26,852 nt of DNA, from the NCBI GenBank assembly GCA_964433745.1, contig CAYSTR010000001.1:1-26852 (forward strand), given 5' to 3'. Origin of the DNA: an uncultured Oscillospiraceae bacterium. GTDB taxonomy: Bacteria; Bacillota; Clostridia; Oscillospirales; Ruminococcaceae. Below the pieces are notes generated by a model. The model was not told the origin of the DNA, searched no databases, and was given only the letters and a program-made list of their open reading frames with translations. Position 1 is the first letter of the stretch. Each line of letters starts with the position of its first letter. The position numbers and the translations under genes were made by a program. Shown in pieces: positions 18,587 to 25,686 of the stretch.

Positions 18587-18608
18587 CCCCCTTTTTCATA
18601 TCGTTTAA

Positions 18609-19058
18609 TTAGACATACGGAAGCTCTGTTATACTTTTGTACACCCACTCCATTCGCTCGACAAAGACAGTACTGTTTGAAGCGTCTAAATCGGTAAAGC
18701 TACGCTTTTTTAGTACAACATCCTGCGCTACATATATGCGTTTCGGAAAACCGCCCGGTGTTGTAACCATAATAATAATAAATCCAAATATACTGCCAAC
18801 CCGTAAAAGCTGGTTTAATAAGCTTGTAACAATACCCTTGTCAGCTACTCCGCGTTCGAGTACAAGGAGCTTTTCGCTGGATGACGGCATACTCAAGGAA
18901 TGTGCAAATCGGTTTTCTCCGCCTTCCATTAGCACCTGTGTCTCCATCCCAATCTCTATACTGGATACCTTTGAGAATGAAAACTTTAGTACATCAACAA
19001 AAACGGTAAAGTTAAATGATGGAAGCGGATTTGAATGTCCCTGATTTAAAATAGACAT
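18609..19058 (-). CDS. Second tail tube-like protein (T4 gp19 family; Afp5 type)
   Basis: NPLPSFNFTV...FSKVSSIE...EGGENRF...LVLERGV...VERMEWVY. Confidence 0.88.
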   Translation of the reverse strand: MSILNQGHSNPLPSFNFTVFVDVLKFSFSKVSSIEIGMETQVLMEGGENRFAHSLSMPSSSEKLLVLERGVADKGIVTSLLNQLLRVGSIFGFIIIMVTTPGGFPKRIYVAQDVVLKKRSFTDLDASNSTVFVERMEWVYKSITELPYV

Positions 19059-19098
19059 AAATACTATTCCTCTTTAAGACATAATCCATTTTCTAGTG

Positions 19099-19302
19099 TC
19101 AGATTTCAAACGGATTCGGAGGTTCATTGCTCATATGCTTGTGAATGGCTGAGATTTCGCCGCAAAAACGGCGGCGGGTCTTGTGATCCAGCGTCATAAC
19201 CGTATCAAACGGCCAATGATAATAGTATGAGATAAAGGACATTTCCTTATATAACTCATTCTCTGGGTATACGGTTATTCCGCTGTCGTAAAATTTATGG
19301 GT
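19099..19302 (-). CDS. Unannotated -1-frame ORF, DUF6760 / P2 gpE'-like tail chaperone extension
   Basis: Hand translation: (KF)YDSGITVYPENELYKEMSFISYYYHWPFDTVMTLDHKTRRRFCGEISAIHKHMSNEPPNPFEI*. It has the YP...LY.E...Y.HW motif, no properly spaced SD and start codon, and overlaps the chaperone 3' end in the -1 frame. Confidence 0.8.
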   Translation of the reverse strand, partial: THKFYDSGITVYPENELYKEMSFISYYYHWPFDTVMTLDHKTRRRFCGEISAIHKHMSNEPPNPFEI

Positions 19303-19649
19303 TCATCAAATGTAGCACCGCACTCTGGACATGTACAGGTGTTTACTATGGGTTCGGCGGCGTTTATTACAGTGTACATGTTTTGCAGAAAATTAAGGTC
19401 GGTTGAGAAGAACTTCTCCACATGCTTGGGTTCTAGCTTTGTCATAGTGCCCAAGGATGTTATCACGCGGGAAAGAATTATTATCGTTAGATATCCCGGA
19501 TTTTGCACGACACGCGGGTCACGAAGCGGGAGAATCTCGTCGGCAGCTGTAGCAAGACGCATCGTTCCCTCACGGTGCAGTGTACCTGTCGAGTCTAAAA
19601 AGCCTTTGGGTAGGTTAAATGGAAATTCAGATACAAATTCTTTATCCAT
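19275..19649 (-). CDS. Tail assembly chaperone (G-like)
   Basis: EFPFNLPKGFLD..G.LHREGTMRLATAADEI.P..DPRV..NP.YL.IIILSRVI...DLNFLQ.MY..IN, with a C-terminal CPECG. Follows the tube gene. Confidence 0.85.
   Translation of the reverse strand: MDKEFVSEFPFNLPKGFLDSTGTLHREGTMRLATAADEILPLRDPRVVQNPGYLTIIILSRVITSLGTMTKLEPKHVEKFFSTDLNFLQNMYTVINAAEPIVNTCTCPECGATFDEPINFTTAE
19290..19296 (-). promoter_or_regulatory. Putative -1 ribosomal slippery site A_AAT_TTT
   Basis: Canonical X_XXY_YYZ heptamer in the chaperone reading frame (..ATA AAT TTT ACG..), inside the short overlap with the -1 ORF. Confidence 0.7.
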
Positions 19650-19682
19650 AAAATTTCTCCTAAGTTATTTTATCTGCCTTTT

Positions 19683-19706
19683 GCGGGAGAGCCTAAGCCC
19701 TCCCGC
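19683..19706 (-). other. GC-rich intergenic stem-loop after the tube gene, without U-tract
   Basis: GCGGGAGGGC-TTAG-GCTCTCCCGC (10 bp, one G-U) followed by AAAAGG. Confidence 0.65.
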
Positions 19707-19717
19707 TAGGCTTTCGG

Positions 19718-20179
19718 CTACTGATTGCGGCGCATCTCTTCAAATGCAAGCTCTACACTCTCAAATGCTATCTCACTGGATGTAGCATTGAAATCCGGAG
19801 CTGTGTACTTGCAGGGCCATGCGTTGTATAATGTCCAGCTGGCTATGTCGCTGTGCTTGTCATCCTGCAGATATATAACTATATCCTGTACCCTGTCCTC
19901 TGCCGCCGACTTTTCTCCGCTTGATATTCCGGACACCCACTCGTAGAACGACAGGCTCTCGGTCATACCCCACTTCAGAGTGACGTTTCCGTACTTTGTA
20001 AGTCCCGGCATCTTGCGGGGGGAGTTTATTGCCTCTGTACCCTCGCGATATTCAATAACGTCAACGCTGGCGTCAAAACCGCTTATCTCTGAGAAGCCCG
20101 CTACATCAATATTATCGAGCTGCACCCGGTAGTTATATTTTTTCATCGGATATGTATTTATCGCCATAAAACTATTCAT
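19718..20179 (-). CDS. Major tail tube protein (T4 gp19 family; Afp1/Pvc1 type)
   Basis: YPMKKYNYRV...GFSEISG...IEYREG...KMPGLTKYGNVTLKWG...W.LYNAWPCKYTAPDFNATSSEIAFESVEL. Start may be the ATG at 20167. Confidence 0.95.
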   Translation of the reverse strand: MNSFMAINTYPMKKYNYRVQLDNIDVAGFSEISGFDASVDVIEYREGTEAINSPRKMPGLTKYGNVTLKWGMTESLSFYEWVSGISSGEKSAAEDRVQDIVIYLQDDKHSDIASWTLYNAWPCKYTAPDFNATSSEIAFESVELAFEEMRRNQ

Positions 20180-20231
20180 CCTTTCTTAAAGCGCGTTTTT
20201 TATATGCTAAGACTATGAAAACCAAAATCTT

Positions 20232-21959
20232 TTATTCCTTGGTGTTTTGTGTTATACGGAAGATAACAAACTCTGCCGGACGGCTGGGCGCTACACCTAT
20301 GACACAGATAAGACGTCCGTTAAGTATATCCTGCTGGGACATTGTATCGCGTCCGACATTCACAAAGAATGCATCCGTTTCGGTAGCACCAACAAGGGCG
20401 CCGCTGCGGTACATGTCTCGTAAAAATGCCGTGATGGTGAGCTGTACGCGTGTCCAGAGCACTTCATCGTTCGGCTCAAATACCGCCCAGTTTGTCTGTG
20501 ATTTTATGGTCTCTTCCAGATAGATGAACAGTCTGCGTACGTTAACATACTTCCAGAGACCATTGCTTGAGCATGTTCTGCCGCCCCAAATGCGGATTCC
20601 CTGTCCCGGAAGTGCGCGGATTAGGTTGACACCCGCTGGATTTAAGAGATCCTGCTCACCCTTGTTGTATATACACGAAAGTCCCAGACAGTTGTTGACA
20701 ACCTCGTTTGCCGGAGCTTTATGTACACCTCTTGTATTGTCACTGCGGGCAAAGATACCGCAAACCGAACCGGAGGGCGGGATGTAAGAAGCTTTCTTAG
20801 CTCCTGCATCAAAAACCGAAAGCCACGGATGATACATAGCGGCATAATCACTGTCCACCATCTCACGATGTGTCAGCAGTTCGTGCGGCTTGTTCATGCT
20901 ATAAGGCATGTCGAGTACGGCAAAACGGCTTGCCAGATTCTGACACTGTGCAACGAGGGCCAGCTGAACCGCCGGTGAGGTTATACCGGGAATAGCCATA
21001 ATGCTAACATTTGCTATTTCAAGGAACGCCTCAAGACCTGTACGCTTGCCGGGAGTGTCTCCGCCGCCGATATAGATACCGTCATCCGATGCTTTACAGT
21101 CACCGTCACTGCCGCCCGACAACACAAATACCTCCTTAGCGGCATTGGTGTCACCCGACATTGCAAGCATCGGCGGGAATACGCCCTCGATAACATTGTA
21201 CTGTACACGGATAAGCTCGGACTTAGCCAGAGCATTGTCGATGTAGGATGCACTCTGCGGGTTAAAGGATACAAACTCAAAGCGTTCTGCCGTGTCCTCG
21301 TATGTAATCTCAAGGTTTAGCTCACACGAGACAATCTGCTTCTTGGGAACAAGGTTTTTATCCACTATATCCGCATCGAAATCATTCTCAAAGTATACAA
21401 CATTGTCCTGCAGCCTGGAAATGCGATTGTAAGATACGGGTACGCCCTTGTCTAAGAGAGCTACTGTATCGCCGACATCGAAACCGGCAGTGCTTTTGAA
21501 TGTATATGTCTTAGATGAGGTTGCCAGATCGTCCGCACTGTCCATAACCTGAGTTTTTGCCTTGGACGCGTTTGTAACGGTTACTCTGACATTGTTTCCC
21601 CATTTGCCGGGATTCTTAGCGTGTACGACTACAGAACTCATGACAGCGGTAGCCGCTTTTGCGTCTGTGGGAGCGACACGCATAATGTAACAGCGTGAGC
21701 CTCCGTTAGCAAAGAACTGCTCAACTGCATAGGGTAAAAAGCGGTTCATGCCGTGTGTCGTTTCGGACAGGTACCCGCCGTAGGTGCGGCGATAATCCGC
21801 AAAGCTGGTAATAAATACCGGTGTCCCTATGACCGGACCGCGCTCTGCCATGCCGATAAAGCCTGCCGTGCTAGTTCCGACACCCTCCATCGCCTGCATT
21901 CCCGACTCAAATTCTTCAACATACACGCCTGGAGATAGATATTCAGCCATAATCTTCAC
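20232..21959 (-). CDS. Contractile tail sheath protein
   Basis: MAEYLSPGVYVEE, PPSG.VCGIFARSD..RGVHKAPANE, LNP.GVN.IR...GIRIWGGRT...WKYVNVRRLF, FEPND..LW, VAPSRPAEFVIFRI. The conserved N-terminus begins at ATG 21950. Confidence 0.97.
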   Translation of the reverse strand: MKIMAEYLSPGVYVEEFESGMQAMEGVGTSTAGFIGMAERGPVIGTPVFITSFADYRRTYGGYLSETTHGMNRFLPYAVEQFFANGGSRCYIMRVAPTDAKAATAVMSSVVVHAKNPGKWGNNVRVTVTNASKAKTQVMDSADDLATSSKTYTFKSTAGFDVGDTVALLDKGVPVSYNRISRLQDNVVYFENDFDADIVDKNLVPKKQIVSCELNLEITYEDTAERFEFVSFNPQSASYIDNALAKSELIRVQYNVIEGVFPPMLAMSGDTNAAKEVFVLSGGSDGDCKASDDGIYIGGGDTPGKRTGLEAFLEIANVSIMAIPGITSPAVQLALVAQCQNLASRFAVLDMPYSMNKPHELLTHREMVDSDYAAMYHPWLSVFDAGAKKASYIPPSGSVCGIFARSDNTRGVHKAPANEVVNNCLGLSCIYNKGEQDLLNPAGVNLIRALPGQGIRIWGGRTCSSNGLWKYVNVRRLFIYLEETIKSQTNWAVFEPNDEVLWTRVQLTITAFLRDMYRSGALVGATETDAFFVNVGRDTMSQQDILNGRLICVIGVAPSRPAEFVIFRITQNTKE

Positions 21960-21990
21960 TGGATCGCGAAATCCGCGATCACTCCTCCTT
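21951..21990 (-). promoter_or_regulatory. Sheath leader: strong SD separated from the start by a hairpin
   Basis: AAGGAGG (21990-21984), AGT, GATCGCG-GATTT-CGCGATC (21980-21962), CA, GTG AAG ATT ATG. Confidence 0.6.
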
Positions 21991-22036
21991 TTAATGTTTT
22001 GTTAATTTAATAAGGGTTACCCCTTAATGCTGCCAG

Positions 22037-22423
22037 TTATTTAATTAAGGAATTTTGCTGTCCCGGATTATCAATTTTTATTACTCCAGCCCAGGCACAA
22101 TTTAAAATAGATGTGCTGTTTAGAGCATTTACCCCTCCGATAATCAAAGTGGGTGAACCGGGTGTCCAGGGGGCTACCGGTGCAGGGACACATGCCGCAG
22201 GTGTAAAAACACCCAGTTTTGCTGCTGTGGCGGCTATTACAGTGGGATTAGCTGCCGAATTACACAAGCTAAACGGTACTATATTTTTTATAGGTACGAA
22301 GTCCATAATAGTCGCGTACGGAACCTTGCAAATCGTTCTTTTTTCTGGTGTCACCAGAAGAGTACTGGGTCCTACTCCAAATGAACAGCTTATCATTGCT
22401 CCGCAGCAGGCAAAGAAAGCCAT
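22037..22423 (-). CDS. DUF4280 PAAR-like spike tip protein
   Basis: GAMISCSFG, NIVPFSLC.S.ANP.V.AAT...TP..CVP....PW.PG, ALNSTS.LNCAWAGVIKI..PGQ. No C-terminal extension. Confidence 0.92.
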   Translation of the reverse strand: MAFFACCGAMISCSFGVGPSTLLVTPEKRTICKVPYATIMDFVPIKNIVPFSLCNSAANPTVIAATAAKLGVFTPAACVPAPVAPWTPGSPTLIIGGVNALNSTSILNCAWAGVIKIDNPGQQNSLIK

Positions 22424-23094
22424 TTATCATCCCCCTCTCTACAATAAAGCGTTTGCGTGATTTTACTTGCCGTCCCGCAGTCTACAGGAATGTGACATAC
22501 CCTGCTTTCAAGACTTTTGGACATGTACACCCTATATAATGCTCCATATCCGGCTGTTTCGGGAGGGGTTATGTCTGTGCGGTATATGTTAGGTGAAATC
22601 ATCCTTAAAAGGACAAAGCTCTTATCACCGGGAGCTAGAGTAAACCGTTTTCCTAAACACATAGCCGTACCGTATCCGATAACGCTTATTCTGCCCCCAT
22701 CCTCATCCGGCGGAATAGCACTGGGACGAAGTGAATCTTCCTTTGTGAATACCGCTGAGTATGAATGGGCGGGACATTCTACCGTCACCCACTCGCAATC
22801 CCGGTATATCCCTGAATATTCTCGTAAAAGCCGTATATTTACGACAGGAAGCCCTGGATCGAGACAGCTTTTTATGACATATGCCCGTTCGGGAAGATAG
22901 TGCGGACGGTTAATCTCCACCGTTAGATTTTGCTCGCACAAACCTTTGAAAACATAATATCCCTCCGGTTTTAATAACGGTGTATACTGTCTTCCGTTAA
23001 CCTGAAACATGAGATTTGCGTCCTTAATTCGGGTGCCGGAATATTCATCAAAGATGCTAAGTGCAAAATCCACACCCCATAACCGCATACGCAT
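22393..23094 (-). CDS. Hypothetical CIS-associated protein, probably beta-sandwich (carboxypeptidase-regulatory-like) N-terminus
   Basis: LSIFDEYSG..I......V.G......KPEGYYVF.GL pattern. Sits between Pvc16 and the PAAR-like gene and overlaps the latter by 31 nt. Confidence 0.55.
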   Translation of the reverse strand: MRMRLWGVDFALSIFDEYSGTRIKDANLMFQVNGRQYTPLLKPEGYYVFKGLCEQNLTVEINRPHYLPERAYVIKSCLDPGLPVVNIRLLREYSGIYRDCEWVTVECPAHSYSAVFTKEDSLRPSAIPPDEDGGRISVIGYGTAMCLGKRFTLAPGDKSFVLLRMISPNIYRTDITPPETAGYGALYRVYMSKSLESRVCHIPVDCGTASKITQTLYCREGDDKWLSLPAAEQ

Positions 23095-23185
23095 CCCCCC
23101 TTAAACTTAAATTTTGAGAACACTTAACACACAGGCGGTTTTTTCACAAAACTGCCCAAATATTAAACTATTGAAAAAGTATAGA

Positions 23186-23761
23186 CTATTTTATCTTAAT
23201 CTCTACACGTCCGTCGGTCACACGTGTAAAGCGTTCTTTTATACCGGAAGATAGAAGCAATGGAGATACCATAAAGTATACTCCTACCTGGTAAGGACAT
23301 TGCAGAGCAGACCAGATTTTTGTCTTATCCTCAAAGCTCATTGTAATGGGCGAAACCATTGTCTCGTTCTCGGACTCGCTGATATATGGGTTTACATCCG
23401 ACAGTTTAAGCACATTATAGTCCAGAAGTGTCTGCATAGCCTTTCCGAACACCCGCTGTTCCGTCTCTGCTCCTGCTGCAATCTGTGCCTTACTGTTTAA
23501 GAACAACAGATAGTATAATGACAAAGGACTGGGCGGCCGCGTTCTCATATTTCCCTCGTACTGTATGGGAGAAGTCGCCCTGTACTCCCCTAGCTCCCTT
23601 ATATCATACAGATACATTCCCAGCTGGAAATCACCGTTTTTATCGGAGGGCGCTATCATCTGTATGGATTCCGGTGAGATGAGCGGGTCGGGGCACATAT
23701 GCTCACGCAATAGTCTTAGAAGTGCCGCCCCTGTATCGGCAATAACAGTGAAGTCTGCCAT
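23186..23761 (-). CDS. Pvc16/Afp16-like cap (tail terminator) protein, DUF4255
   Basis: MADFTVIAD...LL.LLRE, LGMYLYDIRE, PP..LSLYYLL, EQRVFGKAMQ.L.D, KIWSAL..PYQ..VYF.VSP. Confidence 0.9.
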   Translation of the reverse strand: MADFTVIADTGAALLRLLREHMCPDPLISPESIQMIAPSDKNGDFQLGMYLYDIRELGEYRATSPIQYEGNMRTRPPSPLSLYYLLFLNSKAQIAAGAETEQRVFGKAMQTLLDYNVLKLSDVNPYISESENETMVSPITMSFEDKTKIWSALQCPYQVGVYFMVSPLLLSSGIKERFTRVTDGRVEIKIK

Positions 23762-23772
23762 ATCTTATTCTC

Positions 23773-25644
23773 CTAACTCTCTATCGAAAAATACATGGGG
23801 GAATCGGGCTTTTCCGAAAGATAACAAAAGCGGTATGTGGACTGCTCAGACATATAAATCTTGTGCTCAATGCGTGAATTTAAGCTGATATTCCATACAC
23901 GTCTGAACAACTTATTTTGTTTATCTATCTCGTAGGAAAAGTCACTGAATGCTGTAGGCTGCTTTAAACGTATATTGTCAATGGCAACGCAGTCCTCGAT
24001 TCCGGGAACTAAATTATCCTCAACAGGCTTTAAATCGGACATCGATGGAACTCCGTCTCCTATTACTGTCACGCGTTTTATTAGTACCTTAGTCATATCC
24101 ACAGTCTTTTCGGACTGCCAAACATCCTTATCAATCTCAAAATACAGAAGCTTTTGCTTTCCTATAAAATCCGGTATGATAAGCTCGGGATCGGTCACTG
24201 CGGAGGATGCTTGCGACGAGGATGCCTCGGACGGATGATATATGTCTCCGTCTGGAATCTCCGAACTCCCGGATGATTCATCCGAACCAGATGAACCAGT
24301 CGAACCAGATGAACCGGTCGAACCGGATGAGCCTGATGATCCTGAACTGTTTGATGAACCAGACGAACTGGAGGAGCTGGGGGGATTGCCGCCGTTAGGG
24401 TCGGTGACAATAAGGCGAAGCGGAAGAATCACAGAAGCTTTGTCAGGTATTCGTGCGCTTGTGCTCATAATGCCGTCTGTTGATACTGTCTCCTCCTCCG
24501 GCATATAGTAAAGCGGTTCTTCCGAGGTAGTGCCGTCGGTAGGTCTATCCCATTCGTATACCTTTACGCGGCAATCGGTGGTTACAATTACCTGTGCCTG
24601 TTCAAAGAAAAAACATATACCGCCGTCGTTTTCATAATATATTGTGGGTGTTTCGCTGAAAGCTTCTTTTACATCCGCAAGGTTTGCTCCCACTAAGGAA
24701 CGGTAGTTTATCTGTCCGTCATACATCTCGCCGGTATAGATAAGCTTGCCTGTAGTTTTATAGAGCATCCCTTGACCTTGATATTTTCCGGAGTGAAATA
24801 AACCGGTGTAATGTATCTTTCCGTCAGAAAAATACTCTGTTCCGCTGCCGTGTCGATTACCCAATGAAAAAGTGCCCTCATAGCTAAGGATACCGCTTTC
24901 GTCAAACTGCTTGCCCTCACCCTCATACAGTCCATTGGTAAAAAGACCTGAATAGATAAGCTTTCCGGCAGCATTATAGAGTTTTCCCTCTCCGCTAAAC
25001 TTGTTATCCAGAAATGCCCCCTCGTACCCCACCTTACCGTCCGGCGTATAGAGTATCCCGCTTCCGGAAAACATGTTCTGCGAAAAACCGCCCTTGTACA
25101 CTATTCTGCCGTCTCGCGAGAAAAGAGTACCGGCACCCGTACACATTCCGTTTTCTATATCGGGGACATAGAAAACGGAATGTGTACGGGTGCCGGTACA
25201 CATTCCGTTTTCTATGTCCCCGATATAGACTATACTGTCATCAAATGCCTTTATGTTGGCAGCACCGGTATAATCCTTGAGGGCAAGGTCATCATAACGG
25301 AAGGAAACGTTGGTCATAATCCCTGTGAGCACACTGGGAAAGGGATCGGGATACTTAGAGAACATGGTAAAATATATAAACACCCCAGCACAGCATAGCA
25401 AAATAACAAATATGAACAGCTGTTTGAATACGAGAAATCGTCCTACTTTAATATAGTCGGTTTTTTTAGTTGGACGAAGCTTTAAAAGCTTACGAATCTG
25501 CGCTGTAAGAGGTTGAATGAGCTTTGCCGAGATAACGTTTACATTGAGAAGCCGCTGGAAACGTACAATTATAAGCCTAAATGGAGAGGTAACGGCGGTC
25601 ATTACACGCTTTCCCATTGATAGTAAAAGCTTTAGAAATTCCAC
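23773..25644 (-). CDS. Single-TM MORN-repeat protein with Ser/Gly linker
   Basis: Basic N-terminus, TM LFIFVILLCCAGVFIYFTMF, about six full YxGxFxxxxxxGxGxL repeats plus partials, then an SSG-rich linker and a C-terminal domain. GTG start with SD GAAAGGGG. Confidence 0.85.
   Translation of the reverse strand: MEFLKLLLSMGKRVMTAVTSPFRLIIVRFQRLLNVNVISAKLIQPLTAQIRKLLKLRPTKKTDYIKVGRFLVFKQLFIFVILLCCAGVFIYFTMFSKYPDPFPSVLTGIMTNVSFRYDDLALKDYTGAANIKAFDDSIVYIGDIENGMCTGTRTHSVFYVPDIENGMCTGAGTLFSRDGRIVYKGGFSQNMFSGSGILYTPDGKVGYEGAFLDNKFSGEGKLYNAAGKLIYSGLFTNGLYEGEGKQFDESGILSYEGTFSLGNRHGSGTEYFSDGKIHYTGLFHSGKYQGQGMLYKTTGKLIYTGEMYDGQINYRSLVGANLADVKEAFSETPTIYYENDGGICFFFEQAQVIVTTDCRVKVYEWDRPTDGTTSEEPLYYMPEEETVSTDGIMSTSARIPDKASVILPLRLIVTDPNGGNPPSSSSSSGSSNSSGSSGSSGSTGSSGSTGSSGSDESSGSSEIPDGDIYHPSEASSSQASSAVTDPELIIPDFIGKQKLLYFEIDKDVWQSEKTVDMTKVLIKRVTVIGDGVPSMSDLKPVEDNLVPGIEDCVAIDNIRLKQPTAFSDFSYEIDKQNKLFRRVWNISLNSRIEHKIYMSEQSTYRFCYLSEKPDSPMYFSIES
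24263..24379 (-). repeat. Imperfect 9/18-bp tandem repeat encoding (SSG/STG)n linker
   Basis: 18-bp units CGAACCAGATGAACCAGT (24283), CGAACCAGATGAACCGGT (24301) and CGAACCGGATGAGCCTGA (24319). Confidence 0.85.
25127..25229. repeat. Forward-inverted-forward triplication (two overlapping perfect inverted repeats)
   Basis: 32-bp arms at 25127-25158 / 25168-25199 and 34-bp arms at 25154-25187 / 25196-25229. Net 57-bp in-frame insertion duplicating DIENGMCTG. Confidence 0.92.
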
Positions 25645-25686
25645 ACCTGTTCCCCTTTCCTAATACTTTATTTTATACGTCTTTAT

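Larger units (their letters stand above)
6761..23761 (-). other. Capsid-less contractile injection system (eCIS-type) structural cluster
   Basis: Complete cap-sheath-tube-initiator-hub-spike-tip-baseplate set. Pvc16/DUF4255 and the LysM tube initiator are eCIS hallmarks. No head, packaging, integrase, lysis or T6SS membrane complex genes. Confidence 0.92.

Noticed and set aside
18586-18599. Frameshift from ATG AAA AAG GGG GGT into the 854-aa ORF
   Set aside because: It would need a +1 rather than -1 shift, and that ATG has no SD. The G-run is better read as the SD for an in-frame TTG or ATG.
19660-19720. c-di-GMP-I riboswitch (GAAA loop and GCAAA words present)
   Set aside because: The order and pairing of P1/P2 elements do not fit. 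A simple stem-loop explains it.
23095-23100. G6 tracts at ribosome binding sites (also 18586-18591) as phase-variation switches
   Set aside because: The runs are too short for high-frequency slippage and simply serve as G-rich SD sequences.
6761-23761. Prophage or defective prophage
   Set aside because: No capsid, portal, terminase, integrase, replication or lysis genes. Pvc16 and the LysM initiator are eCIS features.
6761-23761. Type VI secretion system
   Set aside because: Single-chain sheath and gp19-type tubes rather than TssB/TssC and Hcp, and no TssJLM, TssK or ClpV.
24263-25229. CRISPR array
   Set aside because: The repeats are coding and have no unique spacers, and there are no cas genes.
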